Assembly: GCA_018985235.1 (NCBI GenBank)
Contig: JADGIG010000037.1
Span: 1-35,257 of the forward strand
Reading direction: 5' to 3'
From: Sanchytrium tribonematis
Lineage: Eukaryota
DNA: 35,257 nucleotides
Below the pieces are notes generated by a model, which saw only the letters and a list, made by a program, of their open reading frames with translations, made no database searches and was not told the origin of the DNA. Each line of letters opens with the position of its first letter. Position 1 is the first letter of the stretch. Both the position numbers and the translations under genes were made by a program. Positions 1 through 10,620 of this stretch are shown here, in pieces.

Positions 1-1059
1 AACCACATGGCTGGCTAAAGCAGCTCTTACATGCGCACTTTGATCAGATGCAAGATCTTTTACGATAGGCACCAATTGATTCAAAATAACGTCTTTTTCC
101 AACTTGGCACAAATTCCAGGCAAAGCTTCACATGCCGGTAATCTGACTTCCGCTTCATGATCTTTTAGGCTATTCACCAAAGTTGGGAGCAAATCTTCCA
201 ATAAAACTGTAGGATCAGTGTAGTCCGATAACTTAACCAATTGTTGGGCAACACAATATCTCACCCTCCAGGATTTATCATTGATGAGTTGTTTTAGTGT
301 TTGCAAAGGTAATCCACTAATTTTGCCAATTTGAGCGATGGTTGTAATTCCTTCAACACTCAACAATCGAACACTATCTTGTTCATCTTTAGCTAGAAGC
401 AGAATATCAGTGATAATTTCATCAGTATTCATTTGTAATTTAAATGTGCTTTGCAAAATTTCGCTCAAAAATTTGCAAATTATTCTTCGAACCATTGGAG
501 TATCATCTTTCACTAAAGTAGTCACTTGTGCAATCAATGGAGTGACTTGATTGATATATGTTTGATTACCAACACCCACAGCACCGACTGTTTTCATCAG
601 TAAATTAATTGCCTGACAAGCTCCCATTCTGTGTGTGAACCATTCACCCTTTACCAAAACAGAAACCAATTGATTCAGTTGATCTAAAAAGCTAGGCAAT
701 AATGTAGATTGAGCCTGTACCATTTTTTCTAAAGTAACATTCAGGACAATGTAGCATTTATCTCTAACGATTGTTTCTTCAGCTGATAATAAACCGTATA
801 CCATTTTAAAACAATTTCCCAGAATCGGAACTGTTCCCAAAGCTGGTTTGTTTTTTATTGTATCAAACAAGACTCCCAAAGTTTCGGTCAAGGCTATTAA
901 AACCTCGTCTTCGTCTTCGAGCACATTTTGCAGATAGTTGAGTAACTCTTGTAAATTGGCCTCTTCCAAATTTGGAAGTATTGTTTGAACTTGTTTGATA
1001 GCGTCTATTCTGACGGTAGCTTCCTCGCTGCCCAAATCATCAATTACAACTTGGAACAT
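1..1059 (-). CDS. TPD3: Protein phosphatase 2A scaffold (A) subunit, HEAT repeats; 3' end runs off the window
   Basis: Not in the ORF track because it has no stop in the window. Manual translation from ATG 1059: MFQVVIDDLGSEEATVRIDAIKQV...LEDEDEVLIALTETLG...EETIVRDK...DDTPMVRR...DEQDSVRLL...DKSWRVRY...DHEAEVR...DQSAHVRAALA, matching PP2A-A (PPP2R1A/Tpd3) motifs. Confidence 0.92.
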   Translation of the reverse strand, partial: MFQVVIDDLGSEEATVRIDAIKQVQTILPNLEEANLQELLNYLQNVLEDEDEVLIALTETLGVLFDTIKNKPALGTVPILGNCFKMVYGLLSAEETIVRDKCYIVLNVTLEKMVQAQSTLLPSFLDQLNQLVSVLVKGEWFTHRMGACQAINLLMKTVGAVGVGNQTYINQVTPLIAQVTTLVKDDTPMVRRIICKFLSEILQSTFKLQMNTDEIITDILLLAKDEQDSVRLLSVEGITTIAQIGKISGLPLQTLKQLINDKSWRVRYCVAQQLVKLSDYTDPTVLLEDLLPTLVNSLKDHEAEVRLPACEALPGICAKLEKDVILNQLVPIVKDLASDQSAHVRAALASHVV

Positions 1060-1241
1060 TTTTGTGTTTCAGATGTTAATCGGAAAAATTATTTTTGCAT
1101 ATTAAAATGTTCCCACAAACGGAAAATGTCATAGCAAGAGCGAGAAGAATTATGAATTTGCTTAGGTCTGAAAAGATTTATAATGTTGCACGCCCTTCAA
1201 ATAATAAAATCTCCTCAATATTGGCCTGAAACAAATTTAAG

Positions 1242-2535
1242 ATGAACTCAATTGCATTGCTCGATGAAGTTGGAAAAACACTAATCAAAAGAGACTATCG
1301 GGAACCTTTGCCCGTCAGTTTCCATCCCACAACTCCCGTTCACTATGACCCTGTTACCAAACACACTACATTTTACATAAAGTGGAACAATATTTATTTA
1401 ACGGCAGTGACTGACTCTAATTGCAATACCACCACCTTACTGATTTTCTTAACGAAATTGAAGGAGACTTTAGTCAGCTATTTTACCGAATTGAATGAAG
1501 AGAGTATTCGCGACAATTTTATTATTATTTACGAATTGTTAGACGAAATGATGGATTATGGATACCCGCAAGTCACGCAAGACAGCATTTTAAAAAGCTA
1601 CATCACCCAAGATGCATATCAATTACAGGCGTTCACTGGTGGTGTCCAGTCAGTCCCCACAACTGTCACAAACTCTATTAGTTGGAGAAATCCTGATATC
1701 AAATACAGAAAGAATGAAGTTTTCTTGGACGTTATTGAGTCTGTTAATTGTTTAATTGCAGCCAATGGTACTGTAATTAAAAGCGATGTTTGTGGTAGCG
1801 TAAAAATGAGATGTTTTTTATCTGGAATGCCGGAATTAAGACTCGGATTGAATGACAAAGTGCTTTTGGAACAAAGAGGAAATGGGAAAAAAGCTATTGA
1901 TTTGGAAGATGTTAAGTTTCATCAGTGTGTAAGACTACAAAAGTTTTCTACTGATAGAACAATTTCTTTCATTCCTCCTGACGGAGAATTCGAGCTTATG
2001 AGTTATCGTGTAAATACACAAGTCAAGCCTCTAATTAGTTGCGAATCCGTTATTGAATATTATTCAAGTTCAAGAGTCGAGTATTTAATCAAGGCAAAAT
2101 CCCAATTTAAGAGAAGATCCACTGCAAACAATGTTGAAATTATTGTTCCTGTTCCCGTCGATGCAGATACTCCAAAGTTTAAGGTATTTTTGATTTATAT
2201 AGTGTTCTACTGGATCTGTTAGCTACGCCCCAGATAAAAACGCTTTCGTATGGAAAATTAAACAATTTCAAGGTGGCAAAGATTTTTTGATGAGAGCTCA
2301 TTTCGGTTTACCATCAGTCAATCAACAGGATAACTTTTATAAACAGCCTATTCAGGTTAAGTATGAAATCCCATATTTCACGATAAGTGGAATTCAAGTT
2401 CGATATTTGAAGATTGTGGAAAAATCTGGCTATCAAGCTCTACCATGGGTAAGATACATTACTCAAGATGGAGAATATTTTATGAGAATGCCAGATCCGG
2501 TTATGGGTACAAGTAGAATGATGCAACCTATTTAA
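1242..2535 (+). CDS. APM1: AP-1 clathrin adaptor mu subunit; exons 1242-2183 and 2203-2535 (424 aa)
   Basis: Motifs EESIRDNF, YELLDEMMDYGYPQ, YRKNEVFLDVIE, LSGMPELRLGLNDK, FIPPDGEFELMSYR, ALPWVRYITQ. Removing the 19-nt intron joins DTPKFK|CSTGSVSYAPDKNAFVWKIKQF. Confidence 0.95.
2184..2202 (+). other. 19-nt spliceosomal intron (GTATTTTTGATTTATATAG), phase 0
   Basis: GT..AG; removal joins two ORFs in frame into a full-length AP-1 mu. Confidence 0.92.
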
Positions 2536-2635
2536 TAAATGTCCTGATTTTCACTGATAAATTTATGATACCAAATTGAAATCAACGTCGCAAATGATGT
2601 GCCCCATCACGTTATGCAATTCATGACGACAAAAC

Positions 2636-3601
2636 ATGAAGCATTTCGCTCTATCAATTGGCATATTTATAGGACATTTATTAGAGAGTTTTCAATTTCT
2701 ACCACATTTTCATTCTGATTTACTTGTATCAAAAACCCTCAATCACAAAAAAATAGCATATGGTATATTCGTACATAACAATGAGACCTGGTATGGCATG
2801 AACGAATTAGTTGACAAGCTGAATAACGACAATAGCTGTTTTGTTATTCATGTCGATAAAAAATTTCAAATTCCATCAAAAAGTCCCAAAAGCAACGTTC
2901 ATGTTATACAAATGTTCAACATAACCTGGGGAACCTTTTCGTTGACAAAATCTATGATTCAGCTGACAAACTTTGCATTCAGGCAATGCACTTTTGACAT
3001 ATTTCAATTCTTGGATGGCAATTCATATCCTTTACATTCAAATCAGGAAATACAAAGATTTTATGACCACTTAAATGAAAACATAGTATTCAGTGCAACA
3101 AAGACCCTGCGGAGTGGTAAGAGCTGCTGGGGAGGGCATTTTGGAAAGGACCCATGTCGGAGGACAAAATCCAAATGCTTAGATGAAGAATGCAATTTGT
3201 ATGATAACACCCCAAGAAATAGACCTGTGTATAAAGGAATGCAATGGGTTACACTTCAGTACGATTTTGTACATTATATGATGAACAATATTGAATGGTT
3301 GACAGAATGGATTGAATTTTTTCGTCCTTACAAATTAAACGACGAAATGTTCTTCCAAACATTAGTTATGGATGCAGGCGCACCACAAAAGACATTTGAG
3401 ACCGATGTGATACAGACAATATGGGGACGCTGTCGGTCTTACGTCACTGAACGGTCTCGTAAAAAGTGGAGTCCTTGTTATGTTGGTGAAAAGGAAATGA
3501 ATAGAATTAAATATTCGTCCCTTTTTCTCAGAAAATTACATTATGATGAACCTATCAAAGTCGCTATTGACAAATTAGATGCTGAGTTGAGGTTTAATTA
3601 A
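2636..3601 (+). CDS. Glycosyltransferase family 14 (core-2/I-branching, xylosyltransferase-like) protein with N-terminal signal or anchor
   Basis: KIAYGIFVH, FVIHVDKK, ITWGTFSL, LDGNSYPL, YKGMQWVTL, DEMFFQTL and LFLRK match the GT14 pattern; hydrophobic N-terminus. Confidence 0.8.
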   Translation: MKHFALSIGIFIGHLLESFQFLPHFHSDLLVSKTLNHKKIAYGIFVHNNETWYGMNELVDKLNNDNSCFVIHVDKKFQIPSKSPKSNVHVIQMFNITWGTFSLTKSMIQLTNFAFRQCTFDIFQFLDGNSYPLHSNQEIQRFYDHLNENIVFSATKTLRSGKSCWGGHFGKDPCRRTKSKCLDEECNLYDNTPRNRPVYKGMQWVTLQYDFVHYMMNNIEWLTEWIEFFRPYKLNDEMFFQTLVMDAGAPQKTFETDVIQTIWGRCRSYVTERSRKKWSPCYVGEKEMNRIKYSSLFLRKLHYDEPIKVAIDKLDAELRFN

Positions 3602-3624
3602 ATTAAATAAAAAACTCCTTTTTT

Positions 3625-4164
3625 ATGAAACCAATTGAGCAAAATGCCATTGTACAACTAATCAGATCGCATATCAAAGACATTCCTGATTTTCCAAAAA
3701 ATGGGATACTTTTCAGAGACGTCCTACCCGTATTTCAGAACCACCTTGCTGCCGAAGCGCTCTTCAACGAAATGACAGTTTATTGCAAAAAACTTTCACC
3801 TGATTATATATTTGCTTTGGATGCTAGGGGATTTCTATTTGGACCCATATTGAGTCAACGTCTTGGAGTACCATTCATACCGATTCGAAAGGCAGGGAAA
3901 TTACCTGGGGATTGTATAAGTGAGCAATACATGAAAGAATATGGTGGCGATATTCTAGAAACTTATAAAATGGATTTGACAGGAAAAAGTATAGTAATCG
4001 TAGATGACCTTGTTGCAACTGGTGGATCAGTTAAATGTGCTGAGAAGTTGATAATTCGAAACAACGGAAAAGTTAAAGGCTTTGTTTTTGCAATTGAGTT
4101 ATGTTATTTGAAGGCCAAAAACAATTTATCCGCACCTGTTTTTAGTGTAGTAAAATATGAATAG
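3625..4164 (+). CDS. APT1: Adenine phosphoribosyltransferase
   Basis: IPDFPKNGILFRD, DARGFLFG, IRKAGKLPG, and PRPP-binding loop VIVDDLVATGGS. Confidence 0.95.
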   Translation: MKPIEQNAIVQLIRSHIKDIPDFPKNGILFRDVLPVFQNHLAAEALFNEMTVYCKKLSPDYIFALDARGFLFGPILSQRLGVPFIPIRKAGKLPGDCISEQYMKEYGGDILETYKMDLTGKSIVIVDDLVATGGSVKCAEKLIIRNNGKVKGFVFAIELCYLKAKNNLSAPVFSVVKYE

Positions 4165-4181
4165 GAACGAGAGATTTTTAC

Positions 4182-4745
4182 TTACATAAAATCCTCATAT
4201 TCTCGCAAGTCAGCTTGCCTGCTGACTGTGACTTGCGCTTTCTTTTTCTTTTTCTTACCGCCTTTTTCTTGTCTCTGTTTTTCATTTGCCATCACGTCTA
4301 AGGTCGACGTAATTTCCCTAATCTCCATATATCCCGTATCTTTCAGTAATTCCTTCATTAAGGCTTGATAAAACTCAACTTCCATGCGATCCGAGACTTG
4401 AAGAATTTCTGATATTTTATCTACTGCCTTTTGGATTTCAGGAATTGTTTTCACTTCTATTTTTCCAAAATTGTTTACAGGCAGTTGACTTGGTGTGTCT
4501 TTAGTCGGAGATACGCCAAATAAATCCAGAGTATTTTGTGCATCATTTTTTAACTCTATTTCTCGCAATTTAAGTTTTTTTGCTTTTGCATCTAGCTTTT
4601 CAAATTCCTCATTTTCTTTCTTAATTTTCTCTTTTTCTTCCTTTTTTGATTGAGCTTCTTTTTGTAATTTAAGCTCGGCATCTTTTTGCTGCGCAATCTC
4701 TTCTTCATCCGTAAGCGCGTTTTCCCAATCACTCAAATCACTCAT
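4182..4745 (-). CDS. HCR1: Translation initiation factor eIF3 subunit J
   Basis: Acidic N-terminus with DW, DAQNTLDLFG, ANEKQRQEKGGKKKKKK, and C-terminal YEDFM typical of eIF3j. Confidence 0.85.
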   Translation of the reverse strand: MSDLSDWENALTDEEEIAQQKDAELKLQKEAQSKKEEKEKIKKENEEFEKLDAKAKKLKLREIELKNDAQNTLDLFGVSPTKDTPSQLPVNNFGKIEVKTIPEIQKAVDKISEILQVSDRMEVEFYQALMKELLKDTGYMEIREITSTLDVMANEKQRQEKGGKKKKKKAQVTVSRQADLREYEDFM

Positions 4746-5026
4746 TGCAAAAAATGATCTCCTGGTTTCGATGAACCAACAACAAAGTCTCTAAATGTTA
4801 TTCATAATGTTTTTGTGGCTGTTTCTTTAAATTTCAGTACAAGAAAGTAAATTGCAATAGCAATTTAACCATAAAGTCTGTAGTCTAATCATATAACTGA
4901 ATACAAACCCTCTACTGGATTTTATTCTTACGCCAGGGGAATTTATTGTTTATTATTTAAAAACATCTTGGAAAAGGTGCGGCACATAAGAATTTAATGG
5001 AATAAAATAAACTCCGAGTTTTATAA

Positions 5027-5671
5027 ATGTTGACCTCAACAAATTCGCCCTCCGTTGATCCTAGAGAGCTGATCCCTTACTTATGCAAAATCTTTTATGA
5101 TAAAGGATGGTGTAGTGGCACTGGCGGCGGCGTAGGAATGCGAGAAGAAAATCGCGTGTATATTGCACCATCTGCTGTGCAAAAAGAATTTATAGAAGCG
5201 CAAGATGTATATGAGCTTGAGTACCCAACGTTGAATATTATCAAAGAGCCACTGAATTGTAAGCCTTCTCAATGTCTGCCTTTATTTAATGCAGCGTTTT
5301 CAAATGGTGCTAATGTTTGTATTCATTCGCATTCAATCAATGTCAATTTGGCATCCCAATTATTCGATCGAGAGTTTTCAATTACTAACCAGGAAATGAT
5401 TAAGGGAATAATTGATTGGAAAACGAAGAAGTCACTTCGGTATGACGATCATCTAATTATTCCCATCATGGATAATACTCCTTTTGAGTGCGAGCTTGAG
5501 TCATTTTTAATAGAAGCCATGAAAAAATATCCATCTGCTGTTGCAGCCATCGTCAAAAATCATGGAATTTATGTTTGGGCCGAAACATGGCAAAAAGCTA
5601 AAGGGATGATTGAATGTATAGACTATCTCTGTGACCTGAGTGTCCGAATGAAACTTTTAAATTTGCAATAA
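5027..5671 (+). CDS. MDE1: Methylthioribulose-1-phosphate dehydratase (APIP/MtnB)
   Basis: PRELIPYLCKIFY, GWCSGTGGG, IAPSAVQKE, KPSQCLPLF, CIHSHS, NQEMIKGI, HGIYVW. Confidence 0.95.
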   Translation: MLTSTNSPSVDPRELIPYLCKIFYDKGWCSGTGGGVGMREENRVYIAPSAVQKEFIEAQDVYELEYPTLNIIKEPLNCKPSQCLPLFNAAFSNGANVCIHSHSINVNLASQLFDREFSITNQEMIKGIIDWKTKKSLRYDDHLIIPIMDNTPFECELESFLIEAMKKYPSAVAAIVKNHGIYVWAETWQKAKGMIECIDYLCDLSVRMKLLNLQ

Positions 5672-5748
5672 ATTGTGATTTATAGTCTGAATACAACATT
5701 TTTTCTTTTTAAAGAAAATTTTGGGGTTCTTTATTTTTGAAACTGCAA

Positions 5749-7969
5749 ATGTTCCAAATTTCTAAAGTACCGCAAGACCATTGGGCTTTTACAAATTTAC
5801 TATACTTAAATAGCGATGATGCTAAAAAACTAGTGCCCGACATCAAACTTTTTTACGCGGAATTAAATGTTGCTAATTCCAAGTTTCTATTTACCTGCAC
5901 ATCTGATCCGACTATTGCTTCCAAAGAAATCGGAACAAATTTGCTACAAAGGAAATGGATGAACAGCCTTTTAGGGCAGTCAGTTGAAGCTAAAGTAGTT
6001 TCTATTGAGCATGTCTTGACTTCATTATCCTTCGAAATATCGCTCACAAAGAGGCAAACTGTTAAGCTAGACAGCACACAATTGAGTACTTCAATCGCCC
6101 AGCTATTTAAAAATCACACAATAAGTGTAAATCAACCATTGATTGTTGAATATCAAGGCATAAATATGATCTTGACCGCTCGCGAATTACAATCGGCTAC
6201 TGCAAAAGATCTGTTGAGCAAAACGAGCAGCCAGACCAATACACAATTTGGAATTTTACAACTAACCACAGAAATTCAGTTCTCACCTGCTCCTGATTGT
6301 GGCATTCAATTAACTGGTCAGCATATGCAACACACGAAACTAATTCAGCCAAACTTCAAATTCGAAGAATTGGGAATTGGTGGTCTTGATAACGAATTTG
6401 CTGGAATTTTCAGAAGAGCTTTTGCTTCAAGAATTTTCCCACCATCAATCATTGATAAACTTGGTATACAACACGTCAAGGGAATACTTTTATTCGGACC
6501 ACCTGGTACGGGTAAAACACTAATGGCTCGTCAGATTGGAAAGATGCTCAACGCAAAAGAGCCGATTATTGTTAATGGCCCGGAAATTTTGAACAAATTT
6601 GTTGGACAAAGTGAAGAAAATGTGCGAAAATTATTCGCAGCGGCCGAGGCTGAATACAAGGAAAAGGGGGAGGCCAGTGGGTTGCATATTATTATTTTTG
6701 ATGAATTAGATGCCATTTGTCGACAAAGAGGAGGAAAGCAAGATGGGACTGGAGTTGGAGATTCCATCGTAAATCAGCTTTTGGCGAAGATGGACGGTGT
6801 TGAACAATTAAATAATATTTTATTAATTGGTATGACCAATAGAAAAGAATTAATTGATGAAGCCTTATTACGTCCTGGTCGATTGGAAGTGCATATGGAA
6901 ATTGGGTTACCAGACGAAGCGGGAAGACTACAGATTTTAAAAATTCATACCACTAAAATGACAAATAACAAAATGTTGGGCACAAATGTAGATCTGAAGG
7001 AATTAAGCCAATTGACGAAAAACTTTAGTGGTGCTGAGATAAATGGTCTAGTGAGAAGTGCTACAAGTTTTGCGTTTAACAGGCATGTCAAAGTTGGAGA
7101 GCAAGTAAAAGCAGATTTAGAAAATATATTGGTTGAAAAAAACGATTTTTTGTCCGCCTTGAATGAAGTACAAGCTGCTTTTGGAAGTGACGAGGTTGAA
7201 TTATCAAAGTGTTTTGCAAATGGAGTCATCTCCCTCCCAGCAAGTAATCAAATTCTTTCTCAAGGTGAATTGTTTGTCAAGCAAGTCAGAGAGTCTACAA
7301 AAACTCCATTAGTGTCTCTTCTGCTTCATGGGCCACCTGGAACGGGTAAAACTGCATTGGCAGCAAAAATTGCTTCCCTAAGCGACTTTCCATATATCAA
7401 ATTTATTTCATCAGAGACAATGGTAGGCTACAACGAGCAACAAAAAATTAGGGAGATAACCAAGATTTTTGAGGATTCATATAAATCCAACACTTCTGTG
7501 ATCGTTGTTGACTGTATTGAAAGATTGCTGGGTAGTTATAATTCATGTAGAATGGGTAAATATTGGGCCAAGATTTTCGAATTCTGTGTTACAAACGTTG
7601 CTCGTGTTGCTAAAGAAACAACCACCAAAAAACAGAAGACTGCTAACAATTTGCACCACCTCATATCGCAATGTATTACAACAAATGGATATGTTGGAAG
7701 CATTTACTACAGAACTTTATGTTCCGCCAATTTATGATTTGAAAACTATTTCTGTTGTTGTAAATGAAGTCCGACTTCTCGAAGACACCCAAATGAAAGA
7801 TCTTCTATCTCAATTACAAAGTAGCGGAGTTCCATATGAGTATGATGTCAACGCCAAGTTTGCAATCGGAATTAAAAAACTGTTACAATTGACAGAAACA
7901 GCCAGGCAAAGTTCCGACAAAGTTTTAACACTGACAGAGACTGTTCTAAGAGCCAGCAGAGATATTTGA
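5749..7969 (+). CDS. SEC18: Vesicle-fusing ATPase NSF/Sec18; exons 5749-7531 and 7551-7969 (733 aa)
   Basis: GIGGLDNEF, IFRRAFASR, two GPPGTGKT P-loops, IIIFDELDAIC. Splicing restores DCIERLLE-WVNIGPRFSNSVLQTL. First ATG is 5749. Confidence 0.96.
7532..7550 (+). other. 19-nt spliceosomal intron (GTAGTTATAATTCATGTAG), phase 1
   Basis: Removal restores the conserved NSF D2 motif ERLLEWVxIGPRFSN. Confidence 0.93.
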
Positions 7970-8022
7970 TTTTATTTGAATAAATTGAATTATTTTCATT
8001 AATTGCAAACTTGAAACAAACA

Positions 8023-9049
8023 ATGAGTTTTAAATGGGACGAGCAACTTCAAAACGGCTGGGTGTCATCTACTTTTAAAGATGGAAAATGGAGCGACATT
8101 GTCTATCATAAGAAGGAAGAAGAAGGGTTCAAAATGAATATTAATATCAGTTGTTCTGGGTTGCATTATGGACAATCTTGTTTTGAAGGATTGAAAGCTT
8201 TCAAGAATGGAAATGTATTGAGATTATTTAGGCCTCAGGAAAATCACAAGCGAATGATGGTAAGTGCTGAAGCAGCTTCTATGGAATGCCCACCGCTGCA
8301 AATTTTTCTCGATGCAATCACCCTTTGCGTAGAAAAAAATAAGGAATGCTTGGGTAATTTGCCAAGTATCTATGTAAGACCACTGCTGTTTGGATCTGGC
8401 GCTCAATTGGGTTTGCACGAATCCAGCGAGTATACTTTTCTGGTATTTTGTGTTCCCGTTGGAAATTATTATGCCAAGGGAATTACACCTGTTCCAGCCT
8501 TAGTTGTTGATATGGACAGAGCCGCCCCAAGAGGTACTGGAAATGCAAAACTTGCCGGGAATTATGCACCAACTCTTAAACCCGCAAGACTGGCCAAAGA
8601 AAAAGATTACCCAATAACTTTATATCTGGATCCATTGCATCATGAATATATTGAAGAATTTGCCACATCTAATTTTATTGGCATAAAAGGTAATACTTTG
8701 ATCACTCCCAAAAGCAGATCAATCCTGCAAAGTATTACTCGCCTGTCAATTTGCGAGATTGCCGAAAAACTGTTAAATTTTAAAGTTGAGAATCGATTAA
8801 TCAAGTTCGAGGAACTATCGCAGTTTGAAGCTGTTGGAGCCGTAGGAACTGCAGGTACTTTTCAATAATTTAGTAGTCATAACTGCCATTTCTAGAGTTG
8901 ATCATCCGAATGGAACTAGCCACAAGTATGGCGAAACTTTACATCCTTCCTTACAGACTTTGTACGAGACAATAACAAATATACAGAAGGGAGAAGTGGA
9001 AGACAAATTTCACTGGCTTTATCCCACTGAAGGCATACCATTACAATAA
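8023..9049 (+). CDS. Branched-chain amino acid aminotransferase (PLP fold IV); exons 8023-8854 and 8874-9049 (335 aa)
   Basis: LHYGQSCFEGLKAF, YVRPLLFG, catalytic Lys in AKLAGNY, SILQSITR. Spliced C-terminus reads GTAVVITAISRV...IQKGEVEDKFHWLYP. Confidence 0.92.
8855..8873 (+). other. 19-nt spliceosomal intron (GTACTTTTCAATAATTTAG), phase 1
   Basis: Contains the in-frame TAA that ends the listed ORF; removal restores GTAxVIT. A second AG lies 3 nt downstream and would give 22 nt. Confidence 0.88.
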
Positions 9050-9078
9050 ACATTTGTCCATGAATTTTTGTAACAATA

Positions 9079-9777
9079 ATGGAGACTCCAAAGGCTAAAA
9101 AAATTCAATTTGGACAAACTAATGCTCTCAGTGTACCCGCGAAAAGATCTGCCGAAGATTCGGCCATAAAAATACCCAAAAAGCAATTTGGCAGTGAGAT
9201 AAAATTGAAAGATTCTGAAAATAACGTAGAAAAAAAAGATCAAGATCCCGTACTTGATACTCCTTCCAAGAAAGACTATAGACTTATCAAAAAGGAAGAG
9301 ACTAAGGAAGAAGACACCAGTTTATTTGTTGGCAGACCAGCGACTTTGTATCTCAACGAAAATTCTAGTTGGACTAAAAAATCAAAGGGCGGCTCTTTAT
9401 ACTTGTACGATATAGAACAACGAAAATTGAAAAAATCGAAGGGGGGAAATGATTCTGCAGAAAATTCGCCTACAAAAAATGCAAAGTTGAAGTTGGATCC
9501 TACAACTGATTCTGATTCAACTGCTGAAAAAAAAGTCAAATCTGAAGAGGGCCTACAAGTCATATACAGGGACGGCTCCTCTTTAAAAAAAATAATGCTT
9601 AATACTGTAATTCTGAGAGAAAGCAAAATCTTTCAATTGCCCCAGCAGAGTCAATCTGTAGCATTTAGTGCAATTGTTGATGGTAAAATAGAAACATACG
9701 GATTATTATTCAAAGAAGAAAGCATAGCACATGAATTTATTAAAATTGTACAAAACCATAATAAACCGAGTGTTTAA
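9079..9777 (+). CDS. RanBP1-like (PH-fold Ran-binding domain) protein, Yrb2/RanBP3/Nup2-type
   Basis: Charged N-terminus, then EEDTSLF..ATLYL...WTKKSKGGSL...QVIYRD..LKKIMLNT...ETYGLLFKEESIAHEF. Confidence 0.6.
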   Translation: METPKAKKIQFGQTNALSVPAKRSAEDSAIKIPKKQFGSEIKLKDSENNVEKKDQDPVLDTPSKKDYRLIKKEETKEEDTSLFVGRPATLYLNENSSWTKKSKGGSLYLYDIEQRKLKKSKGGNDSAENSPTKNAKLKLDPTTDSDSTAEKKVKSEEGLQVIYRDGSSLKKIMLNTVILRESKIFQLPQQSQSVAFSAIVDGKIETYGLLFKEESIAHEFIKIVQNHNKPSV

Positions 9778-10556
9778 GTATATTTAGTGTCCACTTTGGA
9801 TAGTGTCTTATTAATAATGGAACAAGTGGATGCTTTTTGAGTTTGTAAGTCAAATAAAAATCGCTTTGTAACATCAGAAAAATCTTTGGAGTCGTATTTT
9901 CTTTGAAGATAGCTGATGCTATTTCTTTTAGAGAAAATCTGCAGTTCGTTCTTTGTTATTTCGTTTAATGGATAAATCACTTTCACTATTTTTCCAGACC
10001 TTTCTATTTTTTCAAATAGACTGAAATTTTCAATTCCTAGTACATTATTATATGCAACTTGGGTCAATAGGCTCGCAGCCATATGTTCACAATCGTGGCA
10101 AAATACTACAACATTCAAATCACATTCGATTGCGGCGTCAATAAGAATAGTTTTAATATCGTTGTAATAAATTTCAGATTGTATATGTTTTGGCTGTTCT
10201 TGATCAATTTTAATTTTTTTCACAACAATTTCAAATTCTTGCTTCTCAATTTGGTCAATGTTTGAAGTCTCTTCCTCTATGATGCAGAGTTTGACTTGCT
10301 TTACTTTAGGACGCCCTTTCAAATAATCTTTGATAAGATTAACACAGCATTTAGACGCCAGACTTCCGCTATACCCTATTAATAATTTAATGTTGGAAAT
10401 TTCATCCCCATTGGAATATTTCCCTTTGGTGTCTAAAGCCCTAGACATCGATTTTATAAACTGCTTTTTAGTCCTTTCAACGAGACATTCTTCACAAAAG
10501 GGTGTATTGTTTAATTCAATAGAAGTGGGATTATTACATTTTGCACAATTCGACAT
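9774..10556 (-). CDS. NCS2: Cytoplasmic tRNA 2-thiolation protein 2 (short form)
   Basis: N-terminal CxxC...FCEEC, degenerate PP-loop LLIGYSGSLAS, VIYPLNEITKNEL, RFLFDLQ..STCSIINKTLSK. First ATG is 10556. Confidence 0.75.
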   Translation of the reverse strand: MSNCAKCNNPTSIELNNTPFCEECLVERTKKQFIKSMSRALDTKGKYSNGDEISNIKLLIGYSGSLASKCCVNLIKDYLKGRPKVKQVKLCIIEEETSNIDQIEKQEFEIVVKKIKIDQEQPKHIQSEIYYNDIKTILIDAAIECDLNVVVFCHDCEHMAASLLTQVAYNNVLGIENFSLFEKIERSGKIVKVIYPLNEITKNELQIFSKRNSISYLQRKYDSKDFSDVTKRFLFDLQTQKASTCSIINKTLSKVDTKYT

Positions 10557-10620
10557 CTCCTTTGCTTCAACTTCAACGGTCAAGTTAATTTGAGCATAAG
10601 AAAATTTATGTTTGACATGT

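Noticed and set aside
4924..4945. ATTCTTACGCCAGGGGA resembles the 5' end of U1 snRNA
   Set aside because: It mismatches ACTTACC, has no U1-70K loop or clear Sm site, and only about 100 nt remain before the MDE1 ATG.
3625..9049. APT1, MDE1 and BCAT as a methionine-salvage gene cluster
   Set aside because: Unrelated genes (eIF3j, NSF) are interspersed and core pathway genes are absent; chance proximity in a dense genome is sufficient.
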